The position numbers and the translations under genes were made by a program. A model generated the notes under the pieces. That model was not told the DNA's origin. It made no database searches and saw only the letters and a program-made list of their open reading frames with translations. Positions 1 through 6,782 of a DNA stretch of 38,007 nt are shown here, one piece after another. The stretch comes from Clostridiaceae bacterium (lineage in GTDB: Bacteria; Bacillota; Clostridia; CAYPLH01; DUMO01). The stretch is from NCBI GenBank assembly GCA_012839865.1, contig DUMO01000051.1, forward strand, positions 124,001 through 162,007, read 5' to 3'. Position 1 is the first letter of the stretch. Each line of letters opens with the position of its first letter.

Positions 1-433
1 TATGCAGGTGCTCAATATCTTCACATCGTCTGCCGCAGGAAGTTGTCTTATTGTCGCCTGTTTCACCATTCTTTTTTCTCATATAATCTTCAAGAGCAGC
101 TTTTATTGCTTCCTCTGCCAGATTGGAGCAGTGCATCTTAACAGGCGGCAGCCCGTCAAGGGCGTCAGCAACGGCTTTGTTTGTGATAGCCAGTGCTTCT
201 TCAATGGTTTTACCTTTAATAAGTTCCGTTGCCATACTGCTTGTGGCCACTGCAGCGCCGCAGCCAAAAGTTTTGAATTTGGCATCCACAATAATATTAT
301 TTTCTATTTTCAGGCTCATTTTCATTATGTCGCCGCATTTTGGATTGCCAACCTGACCTACGCCATCCGCATCTTCAATTTCTCCTACGTTTCTCGGATT
401 CATGAAATGATCCATAACTTTCTCACTATACAT
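1..433 (-). CDS. iscU: Fe-S cluster scaffold protein IscU/NifU-type (3' end runs off the window; absent from ORF track)
   Basis: Manual translation from ATG at 433 gives MYSEKVMDHFMNPRNVG...GNPKCGDIM...KTFGCGAAVA...VKMHCSNLAEEA, with the three U-type scaffold cysteines. It lies directly downstream of iscS and has no stop before position 1. Confidence 0.95.
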   Translation of the reverse strand, partial: MYSEKVMDHFMNPRNVGEIEDADGVGQVGNPKCGDIMKMSLKIENNIIVDAKFKTFGCGAAVATSSMATELIKGKTIEEALAITNKAVADALDGLPPVKMHCSNLAEEAIKAALEDYMRKKNGETGDNKTTSCGRRCEDIEHLH

Positions 434-450
434 TCTCAATTCCTTCTTTC

Positions 451-543
451 TACTTTAGGTACAATAGGGATATTCTTTTATTAGTTTACATACAATGGGG
501 ACATTCTTTTCTTACTTTACATACAATGGGGACATTTGTCTCA
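451..543. repeat. Three tandem ~31-bp copies of the iscS 3' end
   Basis: 451 tactttaggtacaatagggatattcttttat; 482 tagtttacatacaatggggacattcttttct; 513 tactttacatacaatggggacatttgtctca. The third copy is the iscS C-terminus MSPLYVK. Copies 2 and 3 match at 23/24 nt; copies 1 and 2 at 25/31. Confidence 0.9.
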
Positions 544-1678
544 ACCTTTCCACTATGGGAGGCAACTTCTGCATGAGGTAGTCAATATCCTCATTTGTAT
601 TATCCTCTCCAAAAGTAAGCCTTAACGAACCATGTGCAATTTCATGAGGTAAACCGATTGCCAGGAGCACATGGGACGGATCCAATGAACCGGAAGTGCA
701 TGCAGAGCCGCTTGAAGCTGCAATTCCTACCATATCCAGCATCAGCAACAGTGATTCACCCTCAATGAATTCGAATGAAAAATTTACATTTCCGGGAAGT
801 CTTTTTGTCGGGTGCCCGTTAAGTCTTACATAAGGTACCTTTTCCATAACTTCCTTAATAGCTTTGTCCCGAAGCTCAATAAGCTTTTTATTTTTTGCTT
901 CCATATTGTTTGTTGCAATTTCAATTGCCTTGCCCAAGCCAACTATTCCTGCAACATTCTCGGTACTTGCCCGTCTTCCTTTTTCCTGGGCTCCTCCATG
1001 TATAAAGGATGTAATTTTTACTCCTTTTCTTACATAAAGGGCTCCTACACCTTTAGGACCGTAAAACTTGTGTGCTGACATGGACAGAAGGTCAATACCC
1101 ATTTTTTCGACATTGATGGGTATATTTCCTATAGCCTGTACCGCATCGGTGTGAAAATATATGCCTTTTTCCTTTGTAATTTTAGCAATTTCTTCTATTG
1201 GTTGAACAGTGCCAATTTCATTATTGGCAAACATTATTGAAACCAGAATTGTATTCGGTTTGACAGCATCCCTTACCTGTTCGGGAGTAACCAGTCCGTA
1301 TTCATCAACAGGAAGATACGTTACTTCAAATCCGTCACTTTCAAGGTACTGGCATGTATGGAGTACCGCATGATGCTCTATGGCCGTTGTTATTATATGA
1401 TTTCCCCTGGCCCTGTTTGCATAAGCCACTCCCTTTATAGCCCAATTGTCGGCTTCAGTCCCTGAGCCTGTGAAAAATATTTCATTTGCCTGTGACCCGA
1501 TAGCCAATGCCACTTTATCCCTGGCTTCATCTATTGCCTTTTTGCTTTCCCTGCCAATAGAATATATGGTGGAAGGGTTTCCGTACTTTTCATTAAAAAA
1601 GGGCAGCATTGCTTCCAAAACTTCAGGCTTTACAAACGTTGTCGCAGCGTGATCCAAGTAAATAAATTTTTTATCCAT
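512..1678 (-). CDS. iscS: Cysteine desulfurase IscS/NifS
   Basis: YLDHAATT start, PLP-lysine motif SAHKFYGPKG and catalytic SSGSACTS; located between an Rrf2 regulator and iscU. Confidence 0.96.
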   Translation of the reverse strand: MDKKFIYLDHAATTFVKPEVLEAMLPFFNEKYGNPSTIYSIGRESKKAIDEARDKVALAIGSQANEIFFTGSGTEADNWAIKGVAYANRARGNHIITTAIEHHAVLHTCQYLESDGFEVTYLPVDEYGLVTPEQVRDAVKPNTILVSIMFANNEIGTVQPIEEIAKITKEKGIYFHTDAVQAIGNIPINVEKMGIDLLSMSAHKFYGPKGVGALYVRKGVKITSFIHGGAQEKGRRASTENVAGIVGLGKAIEIATNNMEAKNKKLIELRDKAIKEVMEKVPYVRLNGHPTKRLPGNVNFSFEFIEGESLLLMLDMVGIAASSGSACTSGSLDPSHVLLAIGLPHEIAHGSLRLTFGEDNTNEDIDYLMQKLPPIVERLRQMSPLYVK

Positions 1679-1796
1679 TTTCTATCTCCTTAACAGTTAA
1701 TAGATAAACTCTTTTATATATTATGGTTTGTTTTTGAAAAATCACAAAGCAATTATTTCATTATATTTTATTCCCTGAATACCATCTTTTAAACAC

Positions 1797-1821
1797 AATT
1801 TCGAGTAATTTAGTAGGAATT
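1797..1821. promoter_or_regulatory. Candidate IscR operator upstream of iscS
   Basis: 25-mer AATTTCGAGTAATTTAGTAGGAATT resembles the IscR type-1 consensus ATASYYGACTRWWWYAGTCRRSTAT and matches the inverted copy at 2262-2286 at 20/25 positions. Confidence 0.7.
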
Positions 1822-2248
1822 ATTTTTTCTCATTCTTTTGAATCTTATCAACCAGATCCTTTAAAGTTACCGTATCGATTACACTGTTGATGCTGTCTCG
1901 TATTTTAAGCCACAAGTCTCTGGTGACGCATTCTTCCGACTGCCCGCATATAAAGGGACTATCTTCGCTTACACAATCAACCGGCGCTAAAGAACCTTCC
2001 AGGGTTCTCAGTATTGCTCCGACAGTTATTTGTGACACTGGCAAAGATAATTTGTACCCTCCCTGGGCTCCCCTTGCACTCATAACCAGGCCTGCTTTTC
2101 TGAGCTCTCCAATCAACTGCTCAAGGTAACTTTCAGAAATATTTTGCCTTTCTGCAATGCTTTTAAGTGCAACATACCCTTCATTATCGTGAAGTGCTAT
2201 ATCCAGCATGGCCCGAATGCCATATCTCCCTCTGGTTGAAAGCCTCAA
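1820..2248 (-). CDS. iscR: Rrf2-family regulator, IscR-like
   Basis: MRLSTRGRYG start (TTG at 2248, 8 nt after GGAGG; the longer ORF-track start is unlikely). Has an Rrf2 HTH and three cluster cysteines in DCVSEDSPFICGQSEEC, and heads the iscS-iscU locus. Confidence 0.88.
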   Translation of the reverse strand: MRLSTRGRYGIRAMLDIALHDNEGYVALKSIAERQNISESYLEQLIGELRKAGLVMSARGAQGGYKLSLPVSQITVGAILRTLEGSLAPVDCVSEDSPFICGQSEECVTRDLWLKIRDSINSVIDTVTLKDLVDKIQKNEKK

Positions 2249-2261
2249 TTGCATATCCTCC

Positions 2262-2286
2262 AATTCCAGGTAAATTACTCGGTATT
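2262..2286. promoter_or_regulatory. Candidate IscR autoregulatory operator
   Basis: AATTCCAGGTAAATTACTCGGTATT lies between the promoter -10 and the iscR RBS; it is a near copy of the 1797-1821 site. Confidence 0.72.
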
Positions 2287-2294
2287 CAACAATT

Positions 2295-2323
2295 AGATTA
2301 GCACTAAGAAAAAACAATGTCAA
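2295..2323 (-). promoter_or_regulatory. SigA-type promoter of iscR
   Basis: TTGACA-17 nt-TAATCT with an extended -10 TG. Confidence 0.7.
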
Positions 2324-2344
2324 TAAATTTGAATCAATTTTTTA

Positions 2345-2438
2345 GTGGCTGAACTCGTGTCCGCGTTACTTGTTCAGTTGTATAAGTGGGGGCATCGAGC
2401 CCGGCTCGCTTTTGGCTGGATTTGCTTTGCAAATAGCC
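2345..2438. repeat. GC-rich multi-hairpin intergenic element, REP-like or structured ncRNA
   Basis: Hairpins CTGAAC/GTTCAG (2349-2377), GGGC/GCCC or CGAGC/GCTCG (2390-2408) and GGCT..ATTTGC-TTT-GCAAAT-AGCC (2414-2438). Two of them are preceded by GTGG. The element sits in AT-rich DNA. Confidence 0.45.
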
Positions 2439-2511
2439 CTGTTCTGCAAGCATTTTATTTGTATTCAGGTTGTTTGCTCTATTAGCCATTATTATTGAAA
2501 TAACATAATAA

Positions 2512-2541
2512 TTAAGCGGGAGAAATCATTCTCCCGCTTAA
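2512..2541 (-). terminator. Intrinsic terminator of the serpin gene
   Basis: Perfect 13-bp stem TTAAGCGGGAGAA-atca-TTCTCCCGCTTAA followed by T-rich sequence on the minus strand. Confidence 0.85.
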
Positions 2542-2584
2542 AATAATTTTTATTAAATTACGTGGAATTGTGTCCCGTGACAGT

Positions 2585-3862
2585 TTACTTAGTCGGGTTT
2601 CGCATCAGACCTAAAAACAGCGGTGCTTGTGTTACAGAATCAACTATTCCATATACAAAGGGACGGTCGAATAAAATCCGGATTTCCGGCGGCATTAATG
2701 CACTTGTTAATTCCATTTCTATTGAAGTCACCGCAGCTGCTTCGGTTCCTTTTTCGTCAACCCTGCAATAGGTTTTGTGCTTAACCTCGCTGATAAACAG
2801 GTTTTTCTCATGGTCTTCATTCATGAGTGAAAAGTCAGCGCTATTACTATCAAATGCAACTCCCATGCCCATGCGGGTTAGTTCATCTTTCAGGCTGTCT
2901 TCAAAACGGGTCTCGAATTTGGGTAAAGCAAGTTGTACCCGGTCGGTTTTTATTGACATCAGGTAGGTAAAAATTTTCTCTCCGTCCAGCTCTTCAATAA
3001 ATTTTCGAATATCCGTACCTTCCTGGGGCATGATTGCAAAGAAGTTGAACCTGCCGTTATCATACGGCAGTACAATACCTTTCACACCGTCTTTGTCTAT
3101 ATAATTCATACTTCCTGTTTTGTTCATAAACTGGGCTTCCACTTTGCCATTATCGGAGTAAAAAAAGGCTTTTCCAGTATCCGATGCAGAGAATGGCTCC
3201 ATCCAGTCGGACTTGAAATACACCGCATTCATGAGGTACATGACTACATCAGCATCAATTTGGTCAATTATCTTGTCAATAGTATTTCTTGTTTGTTCCC
3301 TGACCCAGCCGTTTATTGTTTCAACCGCCTTAGGACTGTTAAAATCCAGGGCTTTTGCTCCTGCTCCAAAGTAATCAGCATTTTTCTGCAGAAAATCTTT
3401 ATCCGGTCTGAAACCATCTCTATACCATATTGCATTGGCTATTGACAATTCGGTCTTGTCACCTTTTGTATTAAGTATTGAAATGTAATCCCGGCATGAC
3501 GTATTGAACTCTTCAATTGAAATGCCTTTTGCCCTCAGGGCTTCGGCAATGGCCTGTTTCGTGGTGCTGTCCGCTCCGTTGTAAGCCATGCCAAGGGCCA
3601 GGTACACAGAAGCAGGCGAAATCAGAATGTTGTCATCGTTTCTTGAAGATTCCAAAAACAGCTCCCAGGAAAAATTAAATAATGATTTTTGAAACTTTGA
3701 ATCAAGACTGGCTGGAGGATCCGGCCAGGAAGCATTTCCAAACTGCGCCATCAAATCAACTATATTACCATCTCCATTCTTTGAAGGGCTTGAAGGAACA
3801 GAACAACCTGAAAAAAGGAAAACCAATGCAGCAAGCACAATAAGAATTCGTCTTGCCTTCAT
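2585..3862 (-). CDS. Serpin (serine protease inhibitor) family lipoprotein
   Basis: Signal peptide with lipobox FSGC (start ATG 3862 after GGGGTGA). Serpin motifs NILISPASVYLALGM, NAVYFKSDW, hinge EKGTEAAAVT and C-terminal FDRPF. Confidence 0.93.
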   Translation of the reverse strand: MKARRILIVLAALVFLFSGCSVPSSPSKNGDGNIVDLMAQFGNASWPDPPASLDSKFQKSLFNFSWELFLESSRNDDNILISPASVYLALGMAYNGADSTTKQAIAEALRAKGISIEEFNTSCRDYISILNTKGDKTELSIANAIWYRDGFRPDKDFLQKNADYFGAGAKALDFNSPKAVETINGWVREQTRNTIDKIIDQIDADVVMYLMNAVYFKSDWMEPFSASDTGKAFFYSDNGKVEAQFMNKTGSMNYIDKDGVKGIVLPYDNGRFNFFAIMPQEGTDIRKFIEELDGEKIFTYLMSIKTDRVQLALPKFETRFEDSLKDELTRMGMGVAFDSNSADFSLMNEDHEKNLFISEVKHKTYCRVDEKGTEAAAVTSIEMELTSALMPPEIRILFDRPFVYGIVDSVTQAPLFLGLMRNPTK

Positions 3863-3904
3863 CGCTAAAATCACCCCAATCTCAAACATTTTTCAATTAT
3901 ATTG

Positions 3905-3929
3905 GACGAAAATTCTATACTGAAGTTCC
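3905..3929 (-). promoter_or_regulatory. Candidate ECF-sigma promoter of the serpin gene
   Basis: GGAAC-16 nt-CGTC(CAATA). It overlaps a possible SigA promoter TTCAGT-17-TATAAT (3896-3924). Confidence 0.55.
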
Positions 3930-3942
3930 AAGATCCTCCTCC

Positions 3943-3971
3943 TTGAACAATTATCAAAAAGCAGTTATACT
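3943..3971 (+). promoter_or_regulatory. SigA-type promoter P1 of the nucleosidase/radical SAM operon
   Basis: TTGAAC-17 nt-TATACT. Confidence 0.6.
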
Positions 3972-4038
3972 AAAAACTAATCCGAAATTGACCAGGTAAA
4001 GAAAAAACAGGATAAATAATTGAGAAGATATTAGGCGA

Positions 4039-4067
4039 TTCTCAAAATTTCGACTGATTGCTATAAA
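4039..4067 (+). promoter_or_regulatory. SigA-type promoter P2 of the nucleosidase/radical SAM operon
   Basis: TTCTCA-17 nt-TATAAA with an extended -10 TG, 26 nt upstream of the ATG at 4094 (RBS AGGAG). Confidence 0.5.
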
Positions 4068-4093
4068 ATGAAACACATATTCAGGAGTTAAAA

Positions 4094-4925
4094 ATGATAT
4101 ATATCGTAATTGCACTGATGGCTGAGGCAAAGCCTGTAGTTAAATATTTCAGCTTGAAGAAGGATGAAGACTCCCACAAGTTTCTTGTCTATTCCAGTGA
4201 TGAAATCACTCTTGTTATAAGCGGTACAGGCATGCTTTCTTCGGCAGTGGCAACTTCATTTTTAGCAGGCCGTTATGTGGCAGATGCTGAAAGTTCACCA
4301 ATAATAAACCTTGGAATATGCGGCGCACGAAAAGACTATTACCCGACAGGTACTTTGATAAGCTGCAATAAAATTACCGACAACCAGACCGGCCGAAGTT
4401 TTTATCCCGACCTTATGTTGTCTCACAACTTTCCGGGGAGGACTCAATCCTGACGTTTTCTTCTCCTGTTTTGTCTGAAATTGAGCTGAAAAAAGGCTTC
4501 AACATAGTAGACATGGAGGCGGCGGGTTTTGCCCATGCGGCATTTTCTTTCTTCCCGCCCCAAAACATTTATTGCCTTAAAATCGTGTCGGATTATCTTG
4601 ACAAGCCTGCCCTGGATAAGGAATTCGTCAGCAGTTTGGTAAGTTCCGGGCTTGACAGCATCAGGGACTTTATGGAAAGTGCCAAAAATATTGCAGCAAT
4701 TAATAATGATGTATTTACATCATGTGATTATGATTTTTTAGAGCAGCTTGTGCTTCATTGAAACTTTCAGTTTCAATGAAGCACAAGCTGCTGTTGATGG
4801 CAAGACACTACAAAACCAAATATAAGCGCGATTTAAATATTCTGAATAATTTTTTGCATGAAAAAGTCAATACAAAAGCAGAAAGGAAAATTGTATTTGA
4901 TAAAATCAGGGAACTCCTTGCTTAA
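4094..4925 (+). pseudogene. Nucleoside phosphorylase/MTA-SAH nucleosidase-fold gene broken by two frameshifts (about 277 aa when repaired)
   Basis: Family motifs are spread over successive frames: ALMAEA, SGTG and NLGICG in 4094-4453; VDMEAAG and KIVSD in the next frame, which is open from before 4438. A third open frame 4749-4925 (SLKLSVSMKHKLL...KIRELLA) ends overlapping the next gene's start. Shifts occur near G4 at 4435-4438 and within 4734-4759. Confidence 0.8.
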
Positions 4926-5949
4926 TCCTCCCTTTTCGCATATTTATGTGGAAAAGGATGTTTTAAGTCATGAGAACACATTATATATAATCGGTAAATT
5001 CAAAAAGGCTTCCATTATTGAAGTTGACAGTTACAAAGATATATTCTCAAGGCCAAGACAGGATTTTCAGCTTCAGAAAAAAGCCCCCAAATTAATCGTT
5101 GCAAAAAAACATCCTCCGTATTACTATGAATTGCCTGAACTGTGCCAGCGTTATGATGACAATAATTATTACTATACCTCCAGTATTTTGAACTGCGTGT
5201 ATAACTGCCATTACTGTTTTCTGCAGGGCATGCATCCGTCAGCCAACCTGGTTGTATTTGTAAATATTGAAGATTACTTTGAAAGCTTGATTGGTTTAAA
5301 CAAAAGCTTGAATTCTTCAGATTCACAGGAAAATCCATATTCTAAAAAAATTACACTTTCGGTCTCATATGACAGCGACCTTCCTGCTTTAGAGAATATT
5401 TTTCCTTTTACACACAAATGGCTGGAATTTGCAAGGTCAAACAAATTTATCAATATTGAAATCAGGACCAAAAGTGATAATTATAATCTCATTTCAGATA
5501 TTGAACCTTTGGAAAATGCAGTGCTGGCCTGGACCTTAACCCCCTCCCCCATTGCCGAAAAATATGAAATAAACGCGCCGTCCCTTCCGGCCAGGCTAAA
5601 CTCAATAGAAAAGGCTATAGAAGATGGATGGAAGGTGAGATTATGCTTTGATCCGATATTGTACGTGGAAAACTATAAAGAAATTTATTCTGAATTTTTC
5701 AGGCATGTTTTTTCAATAATAGATGCTGGCAAAATTACAGACGCAAGTTTGGGATTGTTCCGCATGCCTTCGGAGTATCTTAATAAAATTCGAAAATCTT
5801 CCCTGCATAGCGATTTAATCTATTATCCCTTCGAGGTGAAAAACAAAGTTGCCTGTTACGGCAGCAAAACCGGAAGTGAATTAATCAATTTTACTTACAG
5901 CGAAATTAAACGGTATATTCCTGAAAGCAAGATATTTAATTGGGAATAA
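4918..5949 (+). CDS. Spore photoproduct lyase-like radical SAM protein (343 aa)
   Basis: CxxxCxxC motif CVYNCHYC followed by FLQG, SPL-like N-terminus FSHIYVE, and EIRTKS and FDPI motifs. TTG start at 4918 follows AGGGA and is coupled to the upstream stop. Confidence 0.85.
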   Translation: MLNPPFSHIYVEKDVLSHENTLYIIGKFKKASIIEVDSYKDIFSRPRQDFQLQKKAPKLIVAKKHPPYYYELPELCQRYDDNNYYYTSSILNCVYNCHYCFLQGMHPSANLVVFVNIEDYFESLIGLNKSLNSSDSQENPYSKKITLSVSYDSDLPALENIFPFTHKWLEFARSNKFINIEIRTKSDNYNLISDIEPLENAVLAWTLTPSPIAEKYEINAPSLPARLNSIEKAIEDGWKVRLCFDPILYVENYKEIYSEFFRHVFSIIDAGKITDASLGLFRMPSEYLNKIRKSSLHSDLIYYPFEVKNKVACYGSKTGSELINFTYSEIKRYIPESKIFNWE

Positions 5950-5958
5950 GGACGCCAA

Positions 5959-6735
5959 CTATTTAAATACCAGCGAATTCAGCAAAAAATCTATCTCATC
6001 CTGGGATAATGTTTCGTCGTACATCATTATCGTATATCTGTGCCTTTCATTCTTGAAGATTTCAAGTATTACCCTAGAATTTTTTGAATTGCCGGGGTTG
6101 CCATATTGAATGCCGGATACTTCCCCCAGTTGGAACTCATAAATAGCGTCATTTGCTTCATTGGGAAGGTAATAATCCGCAAGCATGATCATGCCTCTTT
6201 TATATTCCAGTTCCTCCTGTCCGGCAAAAAAACTTAATTCAGCAGGACTGCTGCCAATAACTGATTTGGTAAGTTTAAAATCAGAGTTTACCGTCTCCTG
6301 TCCCAAAATTTCAATAACTTTAAACTTATATCCCGGAATAAATTGATCAAAGAGGGCTCTTATCAGAGATGCACCCTGTTTTTCCATTACAACAATATAT
6401 GCGTTGTCTGAAAATTGGTAATAATCAAATCCCGCATTGTGAGTTGCACCTTTCAGGCTGATAAAGGGGCTTTTGAAAGAAATGCCGTTGTATTCGATTC
6501 TTTCATAGTTCAAAACAGTATTACTTGTATCTTTTACTTCCCTGTATACTATTTCATTATATAATTTTGGTTTTGTCTCCTGACTGAAGCTCACTTTAAG
6601 TTCCAGTACTCTCATGGCCCGGTCCGCCATACTGTAAACCGGTATGCATAAAGCAAATAACAGAGGAACCATGATTAATGGAATTATTACGGCATACTTT
6701 AAATGCCTTTTTACATATAACAATAAACGCAACAT
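5959..6735 (-). CDS. Hypothetical membrane-anchored or exported protein
   Basis: 258-aa ORF with a basic N-terminus, one hydrophobic segment (YAVIIPLIMVPLLFALCIPVY) and a soluble remainder. No family recognised. Confidence 0.8.
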   Translation of the reverse strand: MLRLLLYVKRHLKYAVIIPLIMVPLLFALCIPVYSMADRAMRVLELKVSFSQETKPKLYNEIVYREVKDTSNTVLNYERIEYNGISFKSPFISLKGATHNAGFDYYQFSDNAYIVVMEKQGASLIRALFDQFIPGYKFKVIEILGQETVNSDFKLTKSVIGSSPAELSFFAGQEELEYKRGMIMLADYYLPNEANDAIYEFQLGEVSGIQYGNPGNSKNSRVILEIFKNERHRYTIMMYDETLSQDEIDFLLNSLVFK

Positions 6736-6782
6736 TTTAAAAGGGCCCCCAAAAATATTTATACTCTATCTGCCTGCATTCA

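Noticed and set aside
2..484. 160-aa plus-strand ORF, and the many other short ORFs antisense to recognised genes
   Set aside because: They are shadows of well-supported minus-strand genes (here iscU), with no RBS or family motifs.
451..543. Mini CRISPR array
   Set aside because: The units are head-to-tail with no unique spacers, derive from the iscS coding end, and no cas genes are nearby.
2249..2323. N-terminal extension of the Rrf2 ORF
   Set aside because: It overlaps the promoter and operator; the RBS fits TTG at 2248. Similar over-extensions were trimmed for the serpin, SPL-like, AIR-synthase-like, pyrE-like and carB genes.
3893..3931. 12-codon ORF MELQYRIFVQYN after AAGGAGGAGG
   Set aside because: It lies across the serpin promoter with no clear upstream promoter to transcribe it, and is too short to support.
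3940..4093. SOS box or sporulation-sigma promoter for the SPL-like operon
   Set aside because: No GAAC-N4-GTTC match and no convincing SigG/SigF elements; only SigA-like promoters were seen.
4918..5949. Calling the gene splB
   Set aside because: The key SPL residues appear substituted and the gene context differs, so the symbol is withheld.
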